A stretch of 63,719 bases of DNA, counting the filler, from Octopus bimaculoides (lineage: Eukaryota): NCBI RefSeq assembly GCF_001194135.2. It is 8 parts of 6 records of this genome, joined end to end, with 100 filler letters (N's around TTAATTAATTAA, not from the genome) between each part and the next. Parts side by side here need not be neighbours in the genome. Positions count along the whole stretch, not along the records: positions 5,689 to 11,419 come from NC_068981.1; positions 11,520 to 25,550 come from NC_068981.1; 6 more parts are not named here. One strand, given 5' to 3'. The translations under genes were made by a program, and so were the position numbers. The notes beneath the pieces were generated by a model. It did no database searches, had not been told where the DNA came from, and worked only from the letters and a program-made list of their open reading frames with translations. Positions within the stretch are counted from its first letter, which is position 1; every line of letters starts with the position of its first letter. Positions 10,901-23,390 of the stretch are shown one piece after another.

Positions 10901-12910
10901 CTATGGTGAGTGTAGCCGAAGACTCCCCAAAGTTCTGTGTGCTAGAGTTTGTCAACTTATGCATGGACTCTTTGGACGTTATGGAGGTTACATTGATAGC
11001 GCATAAAAAGAAAACGTAATAAACTTTAAAACATACTTATTTTCATGTCAAATTAATTGTATACCGATAAACATAAACCCACATTTCCACTGATCGAAGT
11101 ACAGTTGCTACTCTAATTTGCTGTGCGTTTTAAAAAGGATATAATTTTTCATAGAGTCTCAAAATAATTTCACCGTCGAATTCACCTCGCCAAAAATAAT
11201 TCTTATTCAAAGGGACACAACTCTTATCTATCATCCTTACAAGCATTTTCACTTATTTCTCCCCCCCCCCCATTATTGATTTTTATTTTTTTACACTCCC
11301 CTTCTTTCTTGCTATTTTTCAGATAACAGCAAAATTGCGTTACCGCTTCAATGTTTACATCACTAGATGGATTACTTCTTGTACACCCACCAATAACAGA
11401 TCAGTGCAACATATATATANNNNNNNNNNNNNNNNNNNNNNNNNNNNNNNNNNNNNNNNNNNNTTAATTAATTAANNNNNNNNNNNNNNNNNNNNNNNNN
11501 NNNNNNNNNNNNNNNNNNNATGTAGCATTCTTCTCTACTCGCAGTTGTCACATTCGGTAATAATGTCTTATGGTTGAGTTGATTTTTATGTATTTCCCTG
11601 AAGAGAAGATTACATCTTTCTCAACATCATTCATTCCTTTGGAATGAACCAATTGTAATCTTATAAACATATGTCAGAAATAAAAGAAATCATTTAACAC
11701 ATGCGTATAACTCCATTTATTTAATCTTATATTTATTCAAAATACCTCAAATTTACAGGGAGTTTCTACCTCATAAACAGGAGTTACACCAAAGTTATTT
11801 TGTGAACTTTGCTACCCTGGTAACTATTAACCAATTCATTTTGTCAGAGTTAATTGTTAACTAAGAGAAAATAAATACATATAATTAAATATATATAAAC
11901 TTTAGGTTAGTTAAAATATGTTTATGGCATTTCCACTGCTAGAAGAAAATTCACTGCAGTTACTATATCTCTCCAGTGTTGTCAACTGTTAGTCATTATC
12001 AGTGGGAAATACCAAAGAGAAGCAACTCTGGACAGACCTAATCAAAGCCATGGCTTTAACTAAAATACAGTCAACAACTAACCTAAAGTTCACTTATACT
12101 TAAACACTGCTCAGCACTGATATTACTGCAATTTTCATGATCTTGGCTTTATGTAAACCAAAGCTGTGAAGAGAGAAATTACCAAATGTGTAATCGAACA
12201 AAGATTTCAATTTCAAATAAATTTTTGTTTGATTACAATTCTTTATACACAACATAGCATATTTTCCCCAAAGGAAAGTATACATAGATATTGGAGACTG
12301 TTCCTATACAACAGCAACCTACATGCAGCTGACCATGAGAGATGCAAACTAATTGTAGGTCAACAACTTTCAGTGTTTATCCCTGTGGTTGTTGATCAAT
12401 GTGACAAGACATTTTTTTTACTGAAAATTTTAAGTGCTTTAACTGAAACGGTATCCTAGAAATAAAAATATCTTCTCCTTGACATGAGATTATAACGCAA
12501 TAGTACCAGACTAATGCTTTTATTATTAATCTGGTACCTTTGTAGAGCATATGCTGAACTAAATTACTTTGAAGCATTATAGGAGCTTCAACTTTAAGTT
12601 GTATTTGTAGGTTCCAAAGAATTTAGAAACTCTGTTGGATAGTTAACAACTTCATTTTGATAGATAACCATATGAATTGGAGAAAGTTATGTTATTTGTG
12701 AGAAAACATAAAAAGTGCATTAAAAAGAAGATATGACAATATTGTTTGATTTAAATAATTTCTTTTTATTAAATTGTAATTTTATTGTCCATCTAAAACT
12801 ACCTAAATCATGCTATTTTGTTTACGTTGTTTTGAAGGAAATTATGAATTCTATAATCTAAGGGAGAACATTTTAATAATTTATTTACATATATATATAT
12901 ATATATATAT

Positions 12911-15173
12911 CATCATCATCATCGTTTAACGTCTGCTTTCCATGCTAGCATGGGCTGGACAATTTGACTGAGGACTGGTGAACCAGGTGGCTACACCAGG
13001 CTCCAATCTGATTTGGCAGAGTTTCTACAGCTGGATGCCCTTCCTAACGCCAACCACTCCGAGAGTGTAGTGGGTGCTTTTATGTGCCACCAGCACGAAG
13101 GCCAGTCAGTCAGTACTGGCAACGGCCACGCTCGAAATGGTGTATTTTACGTGCTACCTGCACAGGAGCTAGTCCAGTAGCACTGGCAACGATCTTGCTG
13201 AAATATCTTTTCACCACGCTCAAATGGTGCTATTTACGTGCTACTGGCACGGTAGCCAGCCAGCTGCTCTGGCAATGATCACGCTCGGACAGTGCTCTTA
13301 GTCCTCCACTTGTACAGGTGCCATCATGATTTCGCTTTTGCTTGCCCCAACAGATCTTCGCAAGCCAAGTTTAGTGTTCAGTGAAAGAAACATTGGCATG
13401 GGTGCCAGTCGTCAAATTTAGTTTGATTTCGATTTCACTTGCTTCAACAGGTCTTCGCAAGCGGAGTTTAGTGTCCAATGAAGGAATGGTACACATAAGT
13501 GGGCTGGCTACATCCCTGGCAGAGGCCTTGGATTTTGTTCTCACTTGGCTTGCCGGGTCTTCTCACGCACAGCATATTTCCAAAGGTCTCGGTCAGAAGT
13601 CATTGCCTCGGTGAGGCCTAATGTTCGGAGGTCATGCTTCACCACTTCATCCCAGGTCTTCCTGGGCCTTCCTCTTCCACAGGTTCCCTCAACTGCTAGG
13701 GTGTGGCACTTTTTCACACAATTATCCTCATCCATTCTTGCCACATGACCATAGCAGCACGGTTGTTCGTACACATGTGTCATACAGTCTACCTTTTACT
13801 CTGAGTGAGAGGCCCTTTGTCGCCAGCAGAGGTAAGAGCTCTCTGAACTTTGCCCAGGCTATTCTTATTCTAGCAGGTACACTTTCAGCACACCCTCCCC
13901 CACTACTAACTTGGTCACCCAGATAGCGGAAGCTATCAACTACATCTAGTTTTTCTCGCTGGAATGCGACAGAAGTTGTTTTCTGCACATTTTCAGTGTT
14001 TATTGCTCCTGAACATCTGCCACATACAAAAACTAACTTCCTAGTTAACCTTCCTTTGATATTGCTGCACCTCTTATGTGTCCATAGCTTGCACTGGGTA
14101 CATCTTATAAAGTTTCTACCTACACCTTTTCTACAAATCGAGCAGGGCCATCTACCTGAAGGGGTTTGTGATTTGTCTACCTTCCTACTTATTAGGACTT
14201 TGGTTTTAGCTAGGTTGACTCTAAGGCCCTTCGATTCTAGTCCTTGCTTCCACACCTGAAATTTCTCCTCTAGTTCTGATAGTTCAGCAATTAGTACAAG
14301 GTCATCAGCATAGAGGAGCTCCCAGGGACATCCTGTCTTGAATTCCTCTGTTATCGCCTGGTGGACTATGATAAATAGGAGGGGGCTGAGGACTGAACCT
14401 TGGTGGACCCCTACCTCTACCTGGAATTCTTCACTGTACTCGTTGCCAACCCTTACCTTACTGACAGCATCTCTGTACATGGCTCGCACAGCTCTCACTA
14501 ACCACTCATCTATCCTTAATTTCCTCATTGACCACCAGATAAGAGAGCAGCAGACCCTGTCAAAGGCTTTCTCCATGTCAACAAAAGCCAGGTACAGAGG
14601 TTTATCTTTGGCTATGTATTTCTCTTGCAGCTGCCTTACCAGAAATATAGCATCAGTGGTGCTTTTCCCTAGCAGGAACCCAAACTGCATCTCATTTAAA
14701 CTGACTCGCTCCCTAATTAGTTGGGCTATGACCCTCTCCGTGACTTTCATTACCTGATCTAACAACTTGATATCTCTGTAATTATTTGTATCTAAAGCGT
14801 CACCTTTACCTTTGTAACAGTTGACTATGGTGCTGCTACACCATTCATTGGGTATGACCTGATTAACTATACGGGTCATTAGACACTGCCAAATATTTTG
14901 AGCATCTCTGCAGTGATTCCTGATGGGCCGGGGGCTTTTCCTGTCTTCATACTCTTGATCGCTTTATCTACTAAGGTACTGTGAATTAGAATAGCTGGTC
15001 CCTGTGTTGGGTCGACATGCAGCAGGCTCTCTTCCTCCCATTCATTCTCTTTATTAAGCAGCCTTTCATAGTGGCGTCTCCAGACCTTTCTCTTTGCAGC
15101 CTCGTTTAGTGCAAGAGTCCTTTCTCTTTGCAGCCTCGTTTAGTGCAAGCCTTTCTCTTTGCAGCCTCGTTTA
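12911..15173 (-). mobile_element. 5'-truncated RTE-clade LINE, relatively young, with long 3' UTR and (ATG)n tail
   Basis: RT ORF 13728-14879 (QFGF, AFD, HQGSVLSP, YADD, FRYLG, C-rich finger). Frameshifted C-terminus 13541-13783 (RGRPRKTW...DRDLWK). (CAT)n at 12911-12922 on the plus strand. Confidence 0.92.
13541..14879 (-). pseudogene. Disrupted RTE reverse transcriptase ORF2
   Basis: RT motifs as above. In-frame stop just upstream of 14879 and a frameshift near 13750-13780. Confidence 0.88.
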
Positions 15174-15329
15174 AATTCTGCACAAAATGCAAAATAAATG
15201 ATATCATTAAATTCTTCATAAAGAGTTAGTTATTATGAGCTATTTTTAAGTTTATAAGTTAGGATATTTGGTTTCCTGTTGTGCACAAACTTCCTCTTTT
15301 GTATATATAGATACATGTATGTACATGAT

Positions 15330-15420
15330 GGGTTTCCATATAATTTCCTTCTATCAATTTTATTCACAAAGCAGTGGTCAGCCCAAGTTTACGCAGCAGA
15401 CACTTGCTCTATGTACCATA
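15330..15420 (-). mobile_element. Decayed SINE family B fragment
   Basis: GGTCAGCCCAAG...AGACACTTGCTC matches the family B segment GGTCGGCCCGAG...AGACACTTGCCC with CG>CA changes. Confidence 0.5.
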
Positions 15421-15519
15421 CATGTAAAACTTTAAACTAGTGGTAAATAATTATGTTATGCTTATAAGTATATGTTTGTGTGTATTCCTGGAGTTCTATG
15501 ATGCAACTGTTCTAACAAT

Positions 15520-18450
15520 TTGCAATACTGTCCAAACTCATATCACCAGACATCGCAGTCCGTTGTCATTTCCTCCATGAAACATGACATCCTGAGATCA
15601 GTCCTCACTACCTCATCTCATATCTTCCTGGGTCTCCCTCTTCCACAAGCATCATCCACTTTCAGCTGTCTTTGTTCATATGTATCACATGTCCAAACCA
15701 ATGTAGTCTTCTCTCTTGCATTCTGCATTTGATTCCTCTTATGCACATTGATGTTGCACATCCAATGGAGAAAACTTCCTTCATTTCTCTCTAGTCTACA
15801 CATGTCTTCTGCATTCAAAGCCCATGTCTCACTACCATGGAGTATAGCTGTTCATACAGAAACATCATACAATCTACCTTTCACTCTGAGAGAGTCCTTT
15901 TATTGCCAACAGAGGTAACAGCTCTCTGAACTTCCTCCATCCTATTCTTATTCTAGAAACAATACTAGAGCATCCACCACAATTGTTAATTTGGTCACCT
16001 AGGTAACAGAAACTATCTACAATCTCAAGAGAGCCTCCTGGGCATTTGAGTGCGCTTAGTGCTTATTGTTCCTGCACATCTGCCACACATGAAGACAACT
16101 TTATCTGTTAATCTACCTGTGATTCCACAGCACTTCTTATGTGTCCATAGTTTACACTGGGTGCAGCAAATAGAATTACTTCTAAATCCTTGCCTACATA
16201 TTGAGCAAGGCCATTTACCTGACAGGAAGAGAGTCTTATCTGCTTTCTTGCTGACAACTTTGGTCTTTAAGGTTAACTTTACTAGATTAACTTTGATTCT
16301 AGGAATTTCTTCTCCAATTCTGCTACAGACTCTACAAGTAAGAGTGAGGTCATCAGCATAAAGTAGTTTCCACAGGCATCCAGTTCTGAATTCCTCTGTT
16401 ATGGACTGGAGGGCTATGAGGAATAAGAGTGGACTGCTCACTGAACTCTGGTGAACCCCTACTCGTGTGCTAAATTCATCATTATATTCATGGCCAACTC
16501 TCACCTTACTGACAGCACCACTGTACATGGCTCATACAGCTTTAACAAGCCACTCCTCTACTCCTAACTTTCTTAGAGACCACCATATAACATAGTGGGG
16601 AACTCTGTTGAAAGTTAAGTACAATGGCTTGCTTTTGGCTAAATACTTTTCCTGCAGGTGTCTCACTGGGAAGATAGCATCTGTGGTACTATTCCCAAGT
16701 ACAAAACCAAACTGCATCTCATCTAGTTTAATTCTATTCCTAATCAATTGAGCTATAACTCTCTCTTTAACTTTCATGACGTGATCCAGCAGTTTGATGC
16801 TCTTGTAGTTGTTTGCATCACCTTTACCTTTGTAGCAGCTATGATACTTCTAAACCATCTTTCTGAATAACCTGATTGACTATATGAGCAACTAGGCTGT
16901 ATCCTACACCGACAGATATTTTAATCAACTTGACAATGATTCCTGATGGTCCAGAGGCTTTCCTTGTCTCCATATCCTTAATTGCCTTATCTATTATACT
17001 ACTATTTGAAAGTTTCTCCTTCTCCCATGCATTTTCCACTTTTAATAACCTTTCATAGTAGCACTTCTATGCATCTTTCTTCTCTGAGTCAATAAGTACA
17101 ACTATGCTATTATCTATCCACACACATTTCTCATCCACCACATCTCTATTCTCTCTGATACACTGCTTTGTAATCCTGAACACCTCACTCCTTTGATCCT
17201 CATACTGTAGAACATAAGCAAATCTCTTACCTTCTGCTATTCCTTTTGCTTATGTAAACCTGTCACATAGCTTCCCTTCTGGCTACCTGATATAATTCTC
17301 TGCTTCCACTGTTTTCCAGTCTTTCCAGGCCTGTCTCTTTGCTTTTATAGCTCTGTCTACCGCCTTGTTCCACCACTATGTCAGCCTCTGCCTAGCTGGG
17401 ACTTTGCACCAGCCACAGATCTGGTCTGTGGCCCTCAGTAGATCGTCCCACAGGAACATCCAATTGTTCTCTAAGCTATATGTCCCCCACCTCCTCCTCT
17501 CTTTTGTCATAGGCTTCCATTAGAATATCTCTAAATTTCTGTTGGTTTGCTGCATTTTTGAGCTTCCATAATCTTCTTTTCCAGAATGATTTATGTCTCC
17601 GAGTCTTTCTATTGCTAATTCTGTAATCACTAACTAGTAACCTATGTTGGATTGTACACTCTTCATCTGGGAAAGACTTCACGTTTGCAAGCATCTGCCT
17701 ATCTTGCTACCTGGTGAGGAGGTAATCAATATGGCTTATGTGCCCTCCAGACTGATAAGTGATTAGGTTGCTGGCTGGTTTTCTGAAGCTAGTGTTGCAG
17801 ATCATGAGATTATTTGCATCATAGAACTCCAGTAGCCTTGTTCCCTCCTCATTCTTTGGACCAAAGCCATAACCGCCATGGAATCCATGGGAATGCTGCC
17901 CAACATATCCATTAAAGTTACCAGTCACAATAACCTAGTCTCTGTGATTTGTCGTTGAGGTAGTCTGCAGAAGGACCTTGTAAAATTGGTCCTTCTAGTT
18001 ATTAGCCTGCCCAGACTGTGGAGCATAGGCAGAGATAAATGTAACTGTTAATTTATCTATAAGCCTCACTTTAATAACCTTATCACATACTCTGACTACC
18101 TCAAATACCTTATCTACCTACTTTTTTGCTAAGAGTATCTCTACACCACCCACTCCATCACTTCTACCTACCCAGAAGAATTTGAACCTGTTTCTTACCC
18201 ATGAGAAATTTAGCAGAGGCTCCCCAACACTTTACTTCTTGTACACCACACACATTGACATGGCAACACTCCAACAGTTCAATAATCTCACTAGACCTTC
18301 CTTTCTTTGTGCCAACGTCGATGGTAGCAGCTCTAAGATTGTGTACTTAAGAGTGATAGTGAGAAAGCAGTTGTTGTGGTACTTCTGCCAGCACCTGCAC
18401 AAACGCTTGCCAGGTAGCATAGAGCTTTGGTACACAGTTTATTCAATGAA
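15520..18450 (-). mobile_element. Older, near full-length RTE-clade LINE ORF2 with many stops and frameshifts
   Basis: APE endonuclease pieces (GNFNGYVG...GYGFG..NEEG.RLLEF; IDYLL; IQHRLLV), RT pieces (QFGF, HQSSVSSP, LYADD) and the GRGRPRK C-terminus are colinear and match the 12.9-15.2 kb family. Confidence 0.88.
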
Positions 18451-19140
18451 TTACAATTTCCTCAATCCCATACAATATCCAAATTAAGGGCCAACAAAGA
18501 GAAAGGTAAAGAGGTCATGAAAATAAGACACATAGGTTGACCAGGAAGAAAAGTAGGGTGGCTATACTGTACAGTATAAATCTTATGTTTATATATATAT
18601 CATTGCTATGTCCAAATTTAGTAAAATGCTTTTTTTTTTCAATATTTAATTCTGCTTGCAATAGCCAATTCTTTTGGTCAAACTATCGTATCTCCAACTG
18701 TTTCAGATGCCAAGATATGAAAATTGTGAAAGTGTAGTGCAACAGTTTAGCATTTTTCAAAAGTGTGGTAAGTCCCACATATGACAGTTTTGCAAAAATA
18801 TTTCTTACTGGAAATGGAGTTAGAGTTAATATTTTATGCACCCAACAAAGTATTATTGTTAAGCTGAAACTTTTGCTAAAGTAAAAAGTAATGGAATGGT
18901 TAAACTATTTTTTTGTTTTCTGAAAAAAGCAATGTTTTGGACCAATGACACTTTTGCATAATAGCAACGATATGTATGTTTATATGTGTGTATGTGTGTG
19001 TGTATATACATACACACACACACATTACATGCATACATAATAGAGGAGTTGTTCTTGTTTTTGTTTATATCAATATAATTCATAATATAGAAGTATAAAT
19101 ATGCCTGTGTGTAACTGATATTCATTCATACTATTTTCAG

Positions 19141-20213
19141 CTCCCCAGAGCAAGCTACCTACTGAAGATTACAGAAAAGAAACATCAACTTTAGGTTCTA
19201 ATAAACAAAAGAAGACATTTCAGTTCATGAAAACTGTTCAGACACCAGCAACTTCTGCTAGTTTCTTGTATCAACCAACCATGAACAGAGTGACTTACAA
19301 CAAAAAAAAAGTGTCAATTAGAGATGGGTCTGGAGGCTATTTTATTAAGGTTGGTTCTGATAATGTTAACATGGAGATTAGCATAAAAATTTTCAATGAT
19401 GTTTCATCATCACCTTATGATATGACTTTTGAGCCAATTCAACTTAATTTGCTTCCAGATGGTACAAAACAGCTAGTATTTTATTTTCAGCATCTCTCTA
19501 AAATTAATCCAGCAAAAAATGAACCAAAATTGAATCAGGTTTATGTTGATTTAGTTACATTTTTGAGAGACCATACAAATTTCCCTCAACTTGAACAGCA
19601 GGGTCCATATTTGAGGGCTCTTGCAAAAATTTTGGAGGCTGCTTATTTTGATTCAGGAAATTTAAGTGATGAGGATAAAAACTTACTTGATCAATTAGCT
19701 TTTGAACTTATTATTGTCAAAGAAGTACAGCTACAAAGCGATGCAATTGATAATGATAAAAATTGGAAAGAAGAGAAAGAATTACATTCTACATTTAGAG
19801 AAAATTCTCAGGAAGGTGATAAATTATTTGATAATGATAATTGTAAAAAGAAACCAAATGAGGTTAGTTCTGATGACCTTTGGTTAGTGACACTAAAGGA
19901 AGGCACGCACCATAGTGTTGATAAATTTGTAAGGAGTGATCTACAAAATGGGGATGACAGTAAAGAAGTACAAAACAAAGAATTTGATAAAAATTTGCTT
20001 TCTGAAGAATTTGAGTATAAATCCAAAGAAAATTACAACATTCTTGAAAAGCAGTCTCAAATCCAAACAAACAATGACCCTGAAAACATTTTAATAGCAA
20101 ACAAATACTTACAAAGACATTCTTACACAGAAGACATTAAAGATTATGTGAGATTAACTACAGTTGAAGATGAAGTAAATAGTAACAAAAAGAATACCAA
20201 AACAGAGTTATGA
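19141..20213 (+). CDS. Last coding exon of an unrecognised gene (globular N-terminal part, acidic low-complexity C-terminal part)
   Basis: 328-aa ORF from ATG 19227. The frame stays open back to a TTTTCAG acceptor at 19140 (phase 1; adds PQSKLPTEDYRKETSTLGSNKQKKTFQF). AT-rich 3' UTR with AATAAA motifs at about 20245, 20413 and 20479. No transposon motifs. Confidence 0.75.
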
Positions 20214-21661
20214 TACTATTAGAAAAGGGTATTTGTTTTTTTAAATAAAATGCACATTTTCTTATTGCAGATTCATGTAAGTATAAATTCTTTTTGTAGT
20301 CTAAAATTAATTTCAGTAATTGCACCCTTACATTTAAATAAACTAAAATGCTATTTGATAGGATGTTTTTTAAAAAAGTTATCATTTTAATTATTTTATG
20401 GTATTTATTTTAAATAAAATAATGATTAATAGTTGTTTAGTCAAAAGCCAATTAATTTAAAATTACTAGAATATTGAAATAAAGTTTAAAAATTTTTTAA
20501 TTCATATGTAAATCGTGTTTGAAATTTATAATTTCCCTAAAACATTGAAACTTTTGTTAAATTATGACCACAGATAATCGTTTTACATCAAACACTAATT
20601 GTTATGAACAAATTATATATGTAGTTTTCAGTATAGTCTTAACATGCATATATTGAATCTATGAATGAGTTTTTTTTCATGGCTGGAGGGGTTCTTTCTT
20701 AATTTGTTTTAAGCTAATTGAATACATGTAAGCTTTTTCTTATTTTGATATAGTCTTATGTATGGAAAGAAATGTCAGGGAAATAATCTATTTCTTAATT
20801 CTAATTCAAAAGTTACTTGCAAAATCATTATTACTTAAATTCTTTAACCAAAATTTGTATCTGTTTAATTTTAATGTTTACGGGTATACTTTCCAGGTTA
20901 GTTCTCTAAGTAGTACTGTATTAAAATATATGCAAGAGATAACTTTATTCAATATTTTTTTTAAGTATAACCAATTTTCAGTTGTAACCCTAATTATGTA
21001 TCTATTTAACATATTCATACAAATGTAATATGATTTCTTCCTCACAAAAAGTGAAATTATATAGGAATAATTTTTGAAGAGAATTTAATGTAAAATATCA
21101 TTATCGAATTTTAAGAATGATCAAATAAAAAAGATGCAACAGTTTCTCTAATAATTATTGCCACCAGTTGAACTATTGTCTCTCTATGTGAAAATATATG
21201 TGGAAATCAGTGGTGTGTGTGTGTGTGTCTGTCTCTCACATGGGTGAGACAAATTAATTATTTGCAATACACTTATATGCATCATCACTGGTCACAATGT
21301 CTTTCCATAGGTATCACCAAAGAAATCCAAAATGAATTTGTTTTTGTAATTCTGAGAGTTGTTTGGGATACCTATCTTGGATAAATTTTACTAATGGCAA
21401 GTCTGTAGTGAATGATTTCATAGACACAGCTATGACTAAGCAAAAATGCTAGTTCTAAAATCTCTCTAAGAGATCAACACAGTAGTTGTACTGACAAGTA
21501 ATATTCGAAGCCACTTCAATATGGCTGTCCGTTCAAACAGACTCTACTACGATTTTTTAACCCCAAGAGGACATCTCTAGCTAGCTAACAATGCAGAGCT
21601 GCATCCAACAAATTGCATGCAGGGAGCAAACCCCTACCACTTTCTAGCAGCAGGACCAATA

Positions 21662-21705
21662 GACAAGACCTGGTTTCGGACTATTTCTGCCACTCTTCAG
21701 TACTG
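21662..21705 (-). ncRNA. Degenerate minimal hammerhead motif
   Basis: Minus strand reads CTGAAGA-G...C-GAAAC-CAG-GTC: core nucleotides all present, but stems I and II pair poorly. Confidence 0.45.
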
Positions 21706-22630
21706 AACACCTCGTCTGCTAGAGATTAATTCTTTATTACTGGCACAAGGCCTAATTACAGAGGGACATACAAAGACATGCGGGAACATAAAACATATGA
21801 AGGATGAATATGAAATGAATATATTTACAATGCAAATGAGTCAGCCATCTCGCTCCTGCTGTGAGATGAAACCATGTATTCCTTTAACACAACCTTTAGC
21901 CTCGCTCCAAGGCGAAACCGCGATTTCCCACTTCATTTTTGCTCTACCATTATAAACCTTTTAAACCAAAGTTCATACAGTCCTTACTTATTTCTTTTCC
22001 TTTTTTTTTTTTAACTAAAAGAAAACCAAATGTTTATCACATTGTTCAAAAAATCTTTAGGAAACCTGTTCATTTAACAGTTTCAAATTTTACATTATAT
22101 TTTCCTTTTTTTTTTACCTAAAAAGTTCAAACAATCATTTCTCTCAGTTACAGTCTTTACAAAATTATTGTCTTGGTTATTTTGTGATTGCTGCTGCATT
22201 ACTGAGTTGTGTTGCTGTGGAGGAGAGGGTTTTATTGAAAAATTGCTATTTGTTTTGTATTGTTGATTGTCACTGATTTGTGAAGCTGTTTGTGGTTTCT
22301 CCCTGTGTGGGGAAGACCAAGAAAATAGTAAGCTGTGAGGCCAGTATTTCAGAGGAGGAGATGGAGAGGATTGTGGAGACCAGATTGGAGGAGTCAGACG
22401 TCGAGACGCAAGTTGCAAGAAGTAATTTAAGAAGAATCATAGATGTACCAAGTTTGTCAACTAACAAAAAAGAAAAGGAATAAAACAACTATGAATTTCG
22501 CCGCTGTTGCTAGAGGAAAAACTAAGATAATAAACCTGGAAAACCTTGAAAAGTATAAAGAATTGCTGACATAAGAAGGATATGAAACAAAAGTAAGGAG
22601 GTTGTGGAAAACACAGAAAAAAGACAATCA

Positions 22631-23356
22631 TCTTATCTTATCTATTATAATAAATGTGAAAACGTGTGTCTGTGTGAAGCCTTTTTAAAAGTTTATAGAA
22701 ATTCACATTTTCCACTTTTTCGTAAAAAATTTTACATCAATGGAATTTTCTCGATGTGAACTTTCCAGTGCAGTAATTAGATTTTTAAAATTCCGTTTAC
22801 TTTGTGTGATTTAAGGGAGATTTGGCAGTTGTTTCTAGCAACTTTTATATTTCTTCCCTTCTACCTGTACCGCCGTTCATCCATCACGCGCTCAACATAT
22901 AAGATAGAGAGTAAGAGTAAAAGAGGGAGAGAGAGAGAGAGAGAGAGAAAGTGATACATACAAAGTCTTCTTCTCCCATTTAATAGTTTTCTTGTATCCC
23001 TCTACCTCTAGCATATTTTTCATAACATAGAAACGTAAAAACACACACAACCACACATATGTGATCTGTGACAACAACATACACAGAAACACATACATAC
23101 ATCAACATTATACATATAAGATTTAGTTTCTGTGTCTTTCTTATATAAACACGTGCACGCATTGCTATTTTATAACTGTCTTCCGTTCTCCCTTCCTCTC
23201 TTTCTCTCTCTTCATTACTCCCGTTCTTTATTCCTTTCTCCCCCTCTCTCTCCCTCTTCCTCTCTCGCTCATGTTCGTCAATGTTTGGTAAATATACCAC
23301 GATTTTCACTAGGGTGTTAGGGTTAGGGTTTATGTATCACTTTCTCTTTCTCTCTC

Positions 23357-23390
<34 letters not shown>

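Noticed and set aside
10554-11006. Cys-rich plus-strand ORFs as a second IL-17 or pseudogene
   Set aside because: No RSxCPW, FP or CxC spacing; better explained as the antisense of an RTE 3' remnant.
12166-12459. 97-aa ORF as an upstream exon of the 19141 gene
   Set aside because: Weak splice sites, and the only donor is phase 0 while the 19141 exon needs phase 1.
22280-22483. Purine-rich 67-aa ORF resembling a LINE ORF1 fragment
   Set aside because: No diagnostic motif and no linked ORF2; left uncalled.
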